DNA from: an uncultured Bacteroidales bacterium
GTDB lineage: Bacteria; Bacteroidota; Bacteroidia; Bacteroidales; UBA932
Direction of reading: 5' to 3'
NCBI GenBank assembly: GCA_937898205.1
Contig: CALEJC010000093.1
Location: 1 to 35,878, forward strand
Length of the DNA stretch: 35,878 nucleotides
Shown here: piece by piece, positions 10,085 to 18,301 of the stretch
Layout of the letters: the number at the start of each line of letters is the position of its first letter
Numbering within the stretch: position 1 is the stretch's first letter
Notes under the pieces: generated by a model
What the model saw: only the letters and a program-made list of their open reading frames with translations
Told to the model about the DNA's origin: nothing
Databases searched by the model: none
Position numbers and translations under genes: made by a program

Positions 10085-10209
10085 GCGGAAGACAACTGGC
10101 TCCGACCGGGTACGGCCTTCGGCCTATCCTTCCCGGCCTTGTTGGCCGGGCCCCTTCCGCTCACGAGTCGCGGACGACTACGCCCGCCTGGAGCCAGCTG
10201 TCATTCCGC
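10085..10209 (-). repeat. Structured GC-rich element, copy 1 (four-helix junction)
   Basis: Minus strand reads GCGGAATGACAGCTGGCTCC..AGTCG-TCCG-CGACT C GTGAGCGGAAGGGG CCCGGCC-AACAA-GGCCGGG AAGGATA GGCC-GAA-GGCC GTACCCG..GGAGCCAGTTGTCTTCCGC; homologous to 18070-18195. Confidence 0.8.
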
Positions 10210-10263
10210 TCCCTCTTGCTTTTTCGTAATTATTTTCTATCTTTAGTGGAAAATAGTTGCGCT

Positions 10264-13200
10264 ATGAGACGATTACCACGATTTCTATTGCCGATAGCGC
10301 TAATGATAGTGCTATCGTTGGGTGCTTCTGCACAAGATGCACCGATCTACCAAAGGGGCTACACTGTCACTGAAAACACTATGCCTCCTTCTCCTGAGCC
10401 GGCGTCTGCCGTCAAGTATGCAGATGTCCCTGTTACACTCAGTCAAGGTCTTGTTCACTACGAAATACCTTTTTACACTCTTCAGGGGCGGGAACTCTCC
10501 GTTCCTATCAGCCTGTCCTATACCTCAGGCGGCATCAAGCTCAATGAGATTGCCGGCGTAGCGGGTCTGGGATGGACACTCAATGCCGGAGGCTGTATCA
10601 CCCGCACCGTGGTCAATATGCCGGATGAGTTCACCGCCGCTCAGTTTGAGCACGAGATGCCGTCGGGCACACTCCTCTCCAGTCTCGAGAACCAGTCCAA
10701 CACCACCGAGGCGATGAACTATCTCAGAGACATCCTCTGGCGAAGGGTGGACAGCAGCCTGGACCGATTCAGCTACAACATCTGCGGACTGCAGGGCTCG
10801 TTTGTCATCCAAGATGACGGAGAGGTATACCAGTTCAGCGGAGACGGAGTCCTCATCTCCTACACCAGAGCAGCCTCAGGCTCGATAGACAGCTTCTCGG
10901 TCGTGGGGCCGGACGGAACCATCTACACTCTCTCCGAGAAAGAAGTCGCCACCCACGAAGGCTCTTCGGATGAGATCTTCACCCCGACGTCAGGCGAGCC
11001 GGACAGGTGGACAGCCACAACGGCATGGTATCTCACACAGATCACGAGCCGCAGCGGTCTGGAGACTGCTCAGCTGACATACTCCTCGCCAAGAGAGTGG
11101 GACAGGACCATATTCACTACCACACGGTCACTGCAGGTCAACAAGTCCGGAGCTACATCTTCCACCACTACTGACTTGAACAGCCGTTATATCGTCAACA
11201 GCTATCAGACAAAGGTCCTTTCAAGCATCAGCCTTGCAGGATACTCCGCAACCTTCTCCTATGCAAGCGATACCGGCAGCCACTACCACACAGGAGGGCA
11301 AGGAAACTCCAAAAACAACTTCCCTTTCAGGCTCACAGAAATCAGCATCGCTGCACCCGGAGGTGGCTCCAATGCCCTCGCCACCCTGGAGCTGGACACA
11401 CGCAAAGAAAACTACGACGGTCGCATCATCCTGAGCGGACTGGAACTCTACAGAAGCGGCACACTTGATGACAGATGGTCGTTTTCCTATAAGACACTTT
11501 CTTCCTCTGTCTCACACTACTCTCAGGATTGGTACGGCTACTATAATGCCGAGAAAGAGTCCGGCAGCTCCGGCAAAAGCACGCTCTGCCCGTTTGTCTT
11601 TCAGCCTCCGTACTTTTACACACAACTGACCTACGGCACTCCGGATGCAACCAAAGCGGACTATCTTTCTCTTACGGGCATAAACCACGACGGAGCAAGC
11701 ACCGGATTTATCTATGAGGGTAACAGCTACTCACAAGGTCAGTTCTCCTCCTCCATCGGTGTGAGGATAAAGACCATCAGCGTTTTAGAAAACATGTCAC
11801 TCAGACAGGAGCGTCAGTTCTCCTATACAGAGCCGAGTGCCAGTGGTCCTGTCTTCCCGCAGGACAACATGTATATCACACTCTCCGTGAATCAGTCGCT
11901 TAGCGGCGGCTCTGATCCGACGAATCCGTTCTTTGATGTATCCTATCTCTTTAACTTCTCTCTCCACGAGACGCCGGTAGTCCTCGGACCATCCCTTCAG
12001 GACACATACATCAGGTATGGCAAGGTCACAGAAGATGTCTCTCAGGACAGAATGCTTAACTCAGGCCCGACCGCAAGGACCGTCTATCACTTCACTCCGA
12101 CGGAAACCTACCCAATCGCCACAAGCACCATCTCACGTTTTCCGTCCACCTGGGAGAGCACCTATAACAGCGTAAGCAGCCCGGTAGAGGCGTGGATCGG
12201 TGTCAGGCCGGAATATCTCAACAGCGGCCCGGGTGGGCAAAACCTCCTCACACGCAAAGAAGTCTATGAGTATAAGGACAATGCTTATGTGCTCCGCTCC
12301 GCTACCGACTATACCTACAACACAAGCAGTCGCAGCGATGTCCTTGTGGACTACTACGCCACGCAGGTGATGCAGAGATATCTCTATGGTCAGCTTGAGT
12401 ACTCGGACATCTACCACTTCCCGGTCTATGCCTGCAATTACTATGAGAGGAGACCGACCAAGACCGTTTCGGTAGAGTATCTTCCCGGTGGTAATAGCAC
12501 CACCACCGTCAACACCGTATATAAGTTAAGGGCAGAACTCAGCACCCCAATCCGCGTCAGCTCAGTTTCCAATGAGACTGCAGACGTAACCCGAAGAGTA
12601 TCTTTCTCTTATGCGGATGATTTCGCGGCTTCAGCCGATTGGCATACGACTCTCAAGAACCAGCACTATCTCAGTGAGGCAATATCGCAAAGCTACAGTA
12701 TAGGTGATGGCTCTTCTTCGGGAGGCGGTATCATTATCAACCCCGACATACCTATAATTACTCCGACCGAACCAGGTCACGATCCTATCACGCCTATCAC
12801 ACCAATCAAGCCGGGCGGGGCCAAGTGGAAAGAAGAGATAAAAGAGTTTGGGTGGTTTACTGTTGACGGGACTCAGAGGCTGCTCCCTTCAGTTCACAAG
12901 GAGAACACGCTTGGCGTGGAGTCCTGGAGGGAGACTATCCTGACACGCGACTGTATGGGCAACATCTCCTCTTTCAAGGAAAAAGGCAAGCCGGAGACGG
13001 TGGTCATCTGGAGTTATGGCGGCACTGAGCCGGTGGCCATCATAGAAAACGCCACCTATGCTCAAGTCAGCAGCGCCCTCGGAGGACAGTACACTCTTGA
13101 CGCGATAACTCGGGCTCAGACTCCGAGTGCCTCTCAGCTGAGCGCCCTCAATGGCCTGCGCAGCACCCTGACCGGAGCTCATGTCCACACCTACACCCAT

Positions 13201-16200
13201 CTCCTTGGCATTGGCCCGGCATCTGTCACCTCCCCTGCAGGACTCTCCACCGGATATGAATACGACCCGGGGGCAAGACTGGCCGTGGTCAGAGACCACG
13301 ACGGCAACAAGACGGAAGAGCACATCTACAGCCTTCTTAACAATGGTTCCGGCAGACGCAGCATCAGACACAGAAGCTATCGCAATGACACGGCCACACA
13401 ATATGCTGAAGATGTGGAGTGGTGGTCATTGCTCGGCTTGAAGACAGAAGACATAGCCGTAGATGCGGCCGGGGACGGAAGGGATCTTGTCACTGCCTAT
13501 GGGTCTGACTTCCTGCTTCACGACGACGAGAAGGTATGGGTACCATATCCTGTGGAGACAGGAGGCGGAGCGGCAAGACCTTCGCCGGCAACGGAAGCTG
13601 CCAACTATCACGGTAGTGATCTTGCATACTACCACAAGCAATATGAGATATCGTCTCGCGACAGGGTCATTGCATCGGCTCAGCCGGGCTTTGCCGGAAC
13701 GCACAGCGAGACCTACTCTCAGGACGTGGCAGGGGCCTTCCCTATACTCCTGTGGAAGGATGGTGCTATCAGCAACGAGGGAGACTATTCATCCGGCGAA
13801 GTCTTGAAAGAAACCGTCACCGATGCAGACGGCAAGATCTCATCCGAGTACTCTGACTGGAGTGGACGCGTGCTTGGCACTTCGCTGGGCAGCGATACTC
13901 CTACCTACTATATCTATGACGTCTACGACCGGTTGCGTGCGGTGGTCGGGAGCGGTATTGCTCTTACGGACACCCTGAGCATGTGGCGCTACGGCTACGA
14001 TACTCTCGGCAGACTCAACTCCAAGGGCATCCCGGGAAGCATTCGCGAGCACTACAGCTACGACTCCGAGGACCGCATCATCTCCGTGACCAAGGGCAGT
14101 CGGGTGGAAGAGCTGGAGTATGATGCATTTGGACGAGTCCTCAGGAGGTACCGCACTATCAGCGGCGCTGCAAGGACGCTGGTCGAGGAGTACAGCTATG
14201 ACTTCTATCCGAGCGGGGTGAGTGGAGGTCCTGCCAAGGGGCTGGAGACACAGAGGCGTCTGGCGGAGATAGCTCCGGGCGGAGGCGTCTCGGGATACAC
14301 TCAGACAAGGACCATCTACGACGCCAAGCAGAGACCGTCTCAGGTGCAGACGCAGTATGCAGACGGAGGGTCTCTCGTCGAGAGCTACAGCTATAACTTC
14401 GCTGACGAAATCATCGCTTCTACCCTCAGCAGTACTCAGGCCGGGGTCACCTCTGTGCTCAGCAGCACATACGCCTATGACATCCGAGGAAGGATGACAG
14501 CCGGCACCGAGGCCCTGACCGTCGGAGGAGTGTCTAAGGGCAGCATCTCCACTCAGTATGGCTACGACGCCCTCGGCAGGCCACAGAGCAAGGCGGCCAC
14601 CGCCGGTGGCGGCACAGCGCTCGCTTCCTCTTCGGGATACACCCTGCAGGGATGGATAAACAGTCACAGTGTGACTAAGGGTGGAGCGGCGCTCTTCTCG
14701 CAGACACTCCACTACGACAACAATCCTTCTCTCTCGGGAGTCAGTCCTCTGTATTCAGGACTGATAAGCGGCAAGACTGAGTCCTGGTCCTTTGGAGCGA
14801 GTGTGACTGAGGGCTTTGCCTATGACTATGCAGCAAGACTCTCCAAAGAGATAAAGGGTGGAGTCACATCCAACTATGCCTACGATGCCAGGGGCAACCT
14901 CAGCTCGGAATCGGGTGCAGAGGGATCGAGGACCTACAGCTATGTCGGCGACAGACTCGCTTCGCTCATCCGCAGTGCAGGAGGCACCGTCACCTTCACT
15001 CACGATGAACACGGGCGGATGACCTACGACGGTCTGTCCGGGCTCAATATAAGTTACAACCACGAGGACTTGCCGTCAAGCATCAGTGATGCCTCAGGGG
15101 TGAAGGTCAGCTACAGCTACCTCTCCGACGGCACCAAGCTCAGCGCGCTGAAGCCAAATGGCGAAGGGCTTGTCTATCGGGGACCATTTGTCTACAGGAG
15201 AGGATCAGGCGGAGGATTGACCTTTGAGAGCGTCAGCGCGGAGGAAGGAAGACTGAGCTCTGCCGGAGAGATGCTATATGTCGATGACTACCTCGGCAGC
15301 GTGAGAGCTGTCGTCAGCGGCCCGGGTGGTGCTCTTCTCGAAGCCTCAAACTACAGCGCCTTTGGAGCAAGAGACCAGGCGCCATCGGCACCGCTCGGCA
15401 CAACGCCGGCAGGCATCACCCTACGCGATCACTACACCGCCCAGGAAGACCAAGCTCCGGACTTTGCTGTGCCTTATACCGACTTCGGCGCAAGGCAATA
15501 TAATGTAGGACTCCTCCGCTGGATGACCCCGGACACTCTCTCGGAGAAGTACTATGGCATCTCGCCTTATGCTTTCTGTAACAATAGTCCGATGGTCTTT
15601 GTGGATCCGGATGGTAGAGATTGGTACTCATACAATTTACCTTTACCAAATACAGACGAGACTCAAACGTATCTAACAGCTTATAAGTGGACTAATGCAA
15701 CATCACAAAACGAATTAGATAATTTAGGCATCAAAGGGACATACTTAGGAAAAGCTGTTGTAGTTTTTGATGGATATTATGATGAAAAGCTCGGGGAAGA
15801 TGAGACTTTAACCGGTAAAGGGGCTAAAACTGCTAAAGTTACAGTTTATGGGCCTAAAAGTGCAGATGATATTGCTTATTATACAGGCTTTACTATGAGT
15901 TCAGATTTTGAAAGGTTCGGAGCTATTGATAATGGAATATATAAAGTCTCTTTTGTTAAAAACGCTTCTCATAATAAAATTCCAAAAACACATATTATAG
16001 AGCACGGCAATCCGGTAGATTGCCTCTATGGCATAAACAACAGCTACCCGAATTATGATGCACATAGCGAAACTAAAAAAGACAGAATATATATTCATAG
16101 AACGAATACTAATGGATTTGCTGGTTATAGTAAAGAAAGAAATAAAGCAGTGTCAGTAGGTTGTTTATTAATCCATGGGCCTGAATGGCCATATTATGAT

Positions 16201-16248
16201 AAACAAATTAATAATACAAATTATACTTTAATATTAAATCGCAGATGA
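10264..16248 (+). CDS. Rhs/YD-repeat polymorphic toxin (~1994 aa) with signal peptide, Rhs repeat-associated core and C-terminal toxin domain
   Basis: Start moved from 9805 to ATG 10264 (MRRLPRFLLPIALMIVLSLGASAQ, Sec signal). Many YD..GR repeats; core DFGARQY...RWMTPD.LSEKYY..SPYAFCNNSPMVFVDPDG (DPDG 15604-15615); AT-rich variable tail follows. Confidence 0.92.
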   Translation: MRRLPRFLLPIALMIVLSLGASAQDAPIYQRGYTVTENTMPPSPEPASAVKYADVPVTLSQGLVHYEIPFYTLQGRELSVPISLSYTSGGIKLNEIAGVAGLGWTLNAGGCITRTVVNMPDEFTAAQFEHEMPSGTLLSSLENQSNTTEAMNYLRDILWRRVDSSLDRFSYNICGLQGSFVIQDDGEVYQFSGDGVLISYTRAASGSIDSFSVVGPDGTIYTLSEKEVATHEGSSDEIFTPTSGEPDRWTATTAWYLTQITSRSGLETAQLTYSSPREWDRTIFTTTRSLQVNKSGATSSTTTDLNSRYIVNSYQTKVLSSISLAGYSATFSYASDTGSHYHTGGQGNSKNNFPFRLTEISIAAPGGGSNALATLELDTRKENYDGRIILSGLELYRSGTLDDRWSFSYKTLSSSVSHYSQDWYGYYNAEKESGSSGKSTLCPFVFQPPYFYTQLTYGTPDATKADYLSLTGINHDGASTGFIYEGNSYSQGQFSSSIGVRIKTISVLENMSLRQERQFSYTEPSASGPVFPQDNMYITLSVNQSLSGGSDPTNPFFDVSYLFNFSLHETPVVLGPSLQDTYIRYGKVTEDVSQDRMLNSGPTARTVYHFTPTETYPIATSTISRFPSTWESTYNSVSSPVEAWIGVRPEYLNSGPGGQNLLTRKEVYEYKDNAYVLRSATDYTYNTSSRSDVLVDYYATQVMQRYLYGQLEYSDIYHFPVYACNYYERRPTKTVSVEYLPGGNSTTTVNTVYKLRAELSTPIRVSSVSNETADVTRRVSFSYADDFAASADWHTTLKNQHYLSEAISQSYSIGDGSSSGGGIIINPDIPIITPTEPGHDPITPITPIKPGGAKWKEEIKEFGWFTVDGTQRLLPSVHKENTLGVESWRETILTRDCMGNISSFKEKGKPETVVIWSYGGTEPVAIIENATYAQVSSALGGQYTLDAITRAQTPSASQLSALNGLRSTLTGAHVHTYTHLLGIGPASVTSPAGLSTGYEYDPGARLAVVRDHDGNKTEEHIYSLLNNGSGRRSIRHRSYRNDTATQYAEDVEWWSLLGLKTEDIAVDAAGDGRDLVTAYGSDFLLHDDEKVWVPYPVETGGGAARPSPATEAANYHGSDLAYYHKQYEISSRDRVIASAQPGFAGTHSETYSQDVAGAFPILLWKDGAISNEGDYSSGEVLKETVTDADGKISSEYSDWSGRVLGTSLGSDTPTYYIYDVYDRLRAVVGSGIALTDTLSMWRYGYDTLGRLNSKGIPGSIREHYSYDSEDRIISVTKGSRVEELEYDAFGRVLRRYRTISGAARTLVEEYSYDFYPSGVSGGPAKGLETQRRLAEIAPGGGVSGYTQTRTIYDAKQRPSQVQTQYADGGSLVESYSYNFADEIIASTLSSTQAGVTSVLSSTYAYDIRGRMTAGTEALTVGGVSKGSISTQYGYDALGRPQSKAATAGGGTALASSSGYTLQGWINSHSVTKGGAALFSQTLHYDNNPSLSGVSPLYSGLISGKTESWSFGASVTEGFAYDYAARLSKEIKGGVTSNYAYDARGNLSSESGAEGSRTYSYVGDRLASLIRSAGGTVTFTHDEHGRMTYDGLSGLNISYNHEDLPSSISDASGVKVSYSYLSDGTKLSALKPNGEGLVYRGPFVYRRGSGGGLTFESVSAEEGRLSSAGEMLYVDDYLGSVRAVVSGPGGALLEASNYSAFGARDQAPSAPLGTTPAGITLRDHYTAQEDQAPDFAVPYTDFGARQYNVGLLRWMTPDTLSEKYYGISPYAFCNNSPMVFVDPDGRDWYSYNLPLPNTDETQTYLTAYKWTNATSQNELDNLGIKGTYLGKAVVVFDGYYDEKLGEDETLTGKGAKTAKVTVYGPKSADDIAYYTGFTMSSDFERFGAIDNGIYKVSFVKNASHNKIPKTHIIEHGNPVDCLYGINNSYPNYDAHSETKKDRIYIHRTNTNGFAGYSKERNKAVSVGCLLIHGPEWPYYDKQINNTNYTLILNRR

Positions 16249-16769
16249 GACCCTTTTTGATATTTTTATGTACAATCTTAGTTTCATGCAGCAATAACGA
16301 GCATGAACCTTTTAGTGCTTTCCTATCATCAAGAAACAAATATGAGAATATTTATAAATATAGTTTCGGAGATGATGTAATTAGTCAAGTTATTGAAGAT
16401 ACGACAACTGATGACTGGTTGATAGTGATGGTAAAGGATAAGTCAGAACTAAGATATTTTGTCACAGTGGCCAATTTCCTTTCTGATGAGATATGTATTG
16501 ATGGATGGATAGATAAATCAAGTTGCGCGGTATATGTTCGTCCTCGGAGCGAGACTTGGGAAGTATACAAATATCCATCAATAATTGCTCCCAAAATAAA
16601 GTTCGATAGCAAAGAAGCAGAAGAAAATATTCCATTGCTCTATTTACTAGATTACCTTAAGCCCAAAAGATATCTCAAATGGGTTAAAGTTGGCTTTGTC
16701 TACAATGGAGAATCATATGCCGGATGGACCAAGGATTTCTGTACAGATATAAATCATTCATGTAATTAG
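16245..16769 (+). CDS. Putative cognate immunity lipoprotein
   Basis: ATGA overlap with the Rhs stop; lipoprotein signal MRPFLIFLCTILVSC; AT-rich like the toxin tail. Confidence 0.7.
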   Translation: MRPFLIFLCTILVSCSNNEHEPFSAFLSSRNKYENIYKYSFGDDVISQVIEDTTTDDWLIVMVKDKSELRYFVTVANFLSDEICIDGWIDKSSCAVYVRPRSETWEVYKYPSIIAPKIKFDSKEAEENIPLLYLLDYLKPKRYLKWVKVGFVYNGESYAGWTKDFCTDINHSCN

Positions 16770-16788
16770 CCACTAGATTTGTTTGATA

Positions 16789-17133
16789 ATACATTTAGGC
16801 TTCCCAGTGGAATTTGTTGTCGATTCATATTAGAATCTACGCAAGAAAGTAATTGCAAGATATGGAAAAGGTTCAGGACTTGAGGTCCACCACTTGATAG
16901 AGCAAAGATTTGCAGAAAGATTGGGGCTAAAGGCAGATGATATCCCTTCTATCGTTCTTACAACTAAGGAACATAGAAAATTTACCAACCTATGAAGAGA
17001 AAGTATTGGATACTCAAGATCGGGATCAAAAATAACAACTAACACAGCGACGAAAGAAGTTATCCTTGAGAAAGTGAAAGAGATCTATAAGGATTTTCCG
17101 GAAATGCGTAAAATATTTGAGGAGAACTTATAA
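16789..17133 (+). pseudogene. Degraded orphan toxin C-terminal fragment, His-rich HNH-like nuclease candidate
   Basis: Frame 1: ...EFVVDSY*NLRKKVIARYGKGSGLEVHHLIEQRFAERLGLKADDIPSIVLTTKEHRKFTNL*RESIGYSRSGSKITTNTATKEVILEKVKEIYKDFPEMRKIFEENL*. In-frame stops at 16831 and 16993; final TAA overlaps the next ATG (TAATG); 5' limit approximate. Confidence 0.7.
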
Positions 17134-17936
17134 TGAAAAAAATAGTGGAATGTTTCTATCCCTGGGATGAAGAAGACATTGATTTTCTTGCAAAATATGG
17201 AATAATCATTAAACTGGGATCAGGTCGAATAAGATTTGATTATGATGAACGATATCCTGAAATCAGAAGTTATTTTAAAAATAAATATCATTCATCAGGT
17301 GTTATTGCTTATGAATACTCTAAAGAAGAATTCGATAACTCTGAGTATTATATTCTAAAAGGTATATATGGTTGTGGGTTTCCACAACCGGAGAAGGATT
17401 ATAAATACAAGTCTTTATGCTTTGATATAAATAAAATATGTCCAGTTTGTGGTTGCGGTAGAGAGCAGATTAACGACCTGCGCATAAGAAAGGGAGCAAA
17501 ACACGGCATCTTTGGGTACTCCGCATGGTTACATGATGAACTCTTTGTGCATAAAGAAGTATATGAAGAAATTTTTGCTCCCTTAGGAGTAAATAAAAGA
17601 AGAGTTATCAAGGGAGGAAAAATTCTGGAAGATGTTTTTCAACTTGTCATTCCCGTAATCGATGAGTCTATTTATTTGGCGGATAGAGAGTTTGAGATAT
17701 GCCCCTTCTGTGGTGAGGTTAAATATTCAATGCAACATTATGCTTATCCTTTCTTCCCTCTTCATAAGAATCCACTGCCTGGTATATATAAAACTAAAGA
17801 ATATTTCGGTGCTGAACAGGGCCGCCAAGCACAACGTATTATCTTTATATCAAAAGATGTAGCAGACAAACTGCTTAAGCGCAAGGATATTAAAGATTAT
17901 TTTTTGCTCCCTTGCCGCAGGGCAAACAACAAATAG
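17133..17936 (+). CDS. Putative orphan immunity protein with two CxxCG motifs
   Basis: CPVCG and CPFCG; no signal peptide; coupled to the upstream toxin remnant; AT-rich. Confidence 0.65.
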   Translation: MKKIVECFYPWDEEDIDFLAKYGIIIKLGSGRIRFDYDERYPEIRSYFKNKYHSSGVIAYEYSKEEFDNSEYYILKGIYGCGFPQPEKDYKYKSLCFDINKICPVCGCGREQINDLRIRKGAKHGIFGYSAWLHDELFVHKEVYEEIFAPLGVNKRRVIKGGKILEDVFQLVIPVIDESIYLADREFEICPFCGEVKYSMQHYAYPFFPLHKNPLPGIYKTKEYFGAEQGRQAQRIIFISKDVADKLLKRKDIKDYFLLPCRRANNK

Positions 17937-18011
17937 CCCCAATATATACCTTGCGATGTATTTTGTAAAATTCATATAATTGAGAGGACAACCATTTTCC
18001 TATAGAAGGGC

Positions 18012-18045
18012 TTTGAGAGAAGCATTTAGGATTAAGGTAACTTTG
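18012..18045 (+). promoter_or_regulatory. Possible Bacteroidetes promoter upstream of structured element copy 2
   Basis: TAACTTTG (-7 consensus) at 18038-18045; TTTG at 18012-18015 (22-nt spacer, slightly long). Confidence 0.4.
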
Positions 18046-18069
18046 AAAATATTGCAGCGAGAGCGACCG

Positions 18070-18195
18070 GGCTTTGTGGGGTCGGTTTCTGGAGGGCTAG
18101 CCGGCCGCGGCTGTGAGCGGAAGGGACCCGGCCGCAAGGCTGGGGAGGATAGACACGAAGTGTCGTACCCTCCGGAAGCCGACCGCCACAAAGCC
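18070..18195 (+). repeat. Structured GC-rich element, copy 2 (four-helix junction)
   Basis: GGCTTTGTGGGGTCGGTTTCTGGAGGG CT AGCCG-GCCG-CGGCT GTGAGCGGAAGGGA CCCGGCC-GCAA-GGCTGGG GAGGATA GACAC-GAA-GTGTC GTA CCCTCCGGAAGCCGACCGCCACAAAGCC. Confidence 0.8.
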
Positions 18196-18198
18196 AAG

Positions 18199-18300
18199 CT
18201 CCGTCGCTGGATGACCCCGGATTCCCTCTCTGAGAAGTACTATTTGCTCTCTCCATATAACGTCTGTGCAGGAAATCCTATCATTTTTGTAGATAAGTAA
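18199..18300 (+). pseudogene. Orphan Rhs core fragment
   Basis: LRRWMTPDSLSEKYYLLSPYNVCAGNPIIFVDK* parallels main-gene LLRWMTPDTLSEKYYGISPYAFCNNSPMVFVDPDG; 17-bp identity 18205-18221 with 15517-15533. Confidence 0.85.
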
Positions 18301-18301
18301 C

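Noticed and set aside
9805..10263. First 153 codons of the 2147-aa ORF
   Set aside because: They run through rpsT, its terminator and the repeat elements; the real start is probably the signal peptide at 10264.
16831..16995. Stop-codon recoding (TAG/TGA readthrough) in the toxin remnant
   Set aside because: TAG and TGA terminate ordinary genes elsewhere in the window, and the fragment has no start or core; decay is simpler.
16830..17045. 71-aa minus-strand ORF
   Set aside because: Antisense shadow of the plus-strand toxin pseudogene.
18113..18122. GTGAGCGGA resemblance to the lac operator half-site
   Set aside because: No dyad partner; better explained as the conserved joiner of the structured element.
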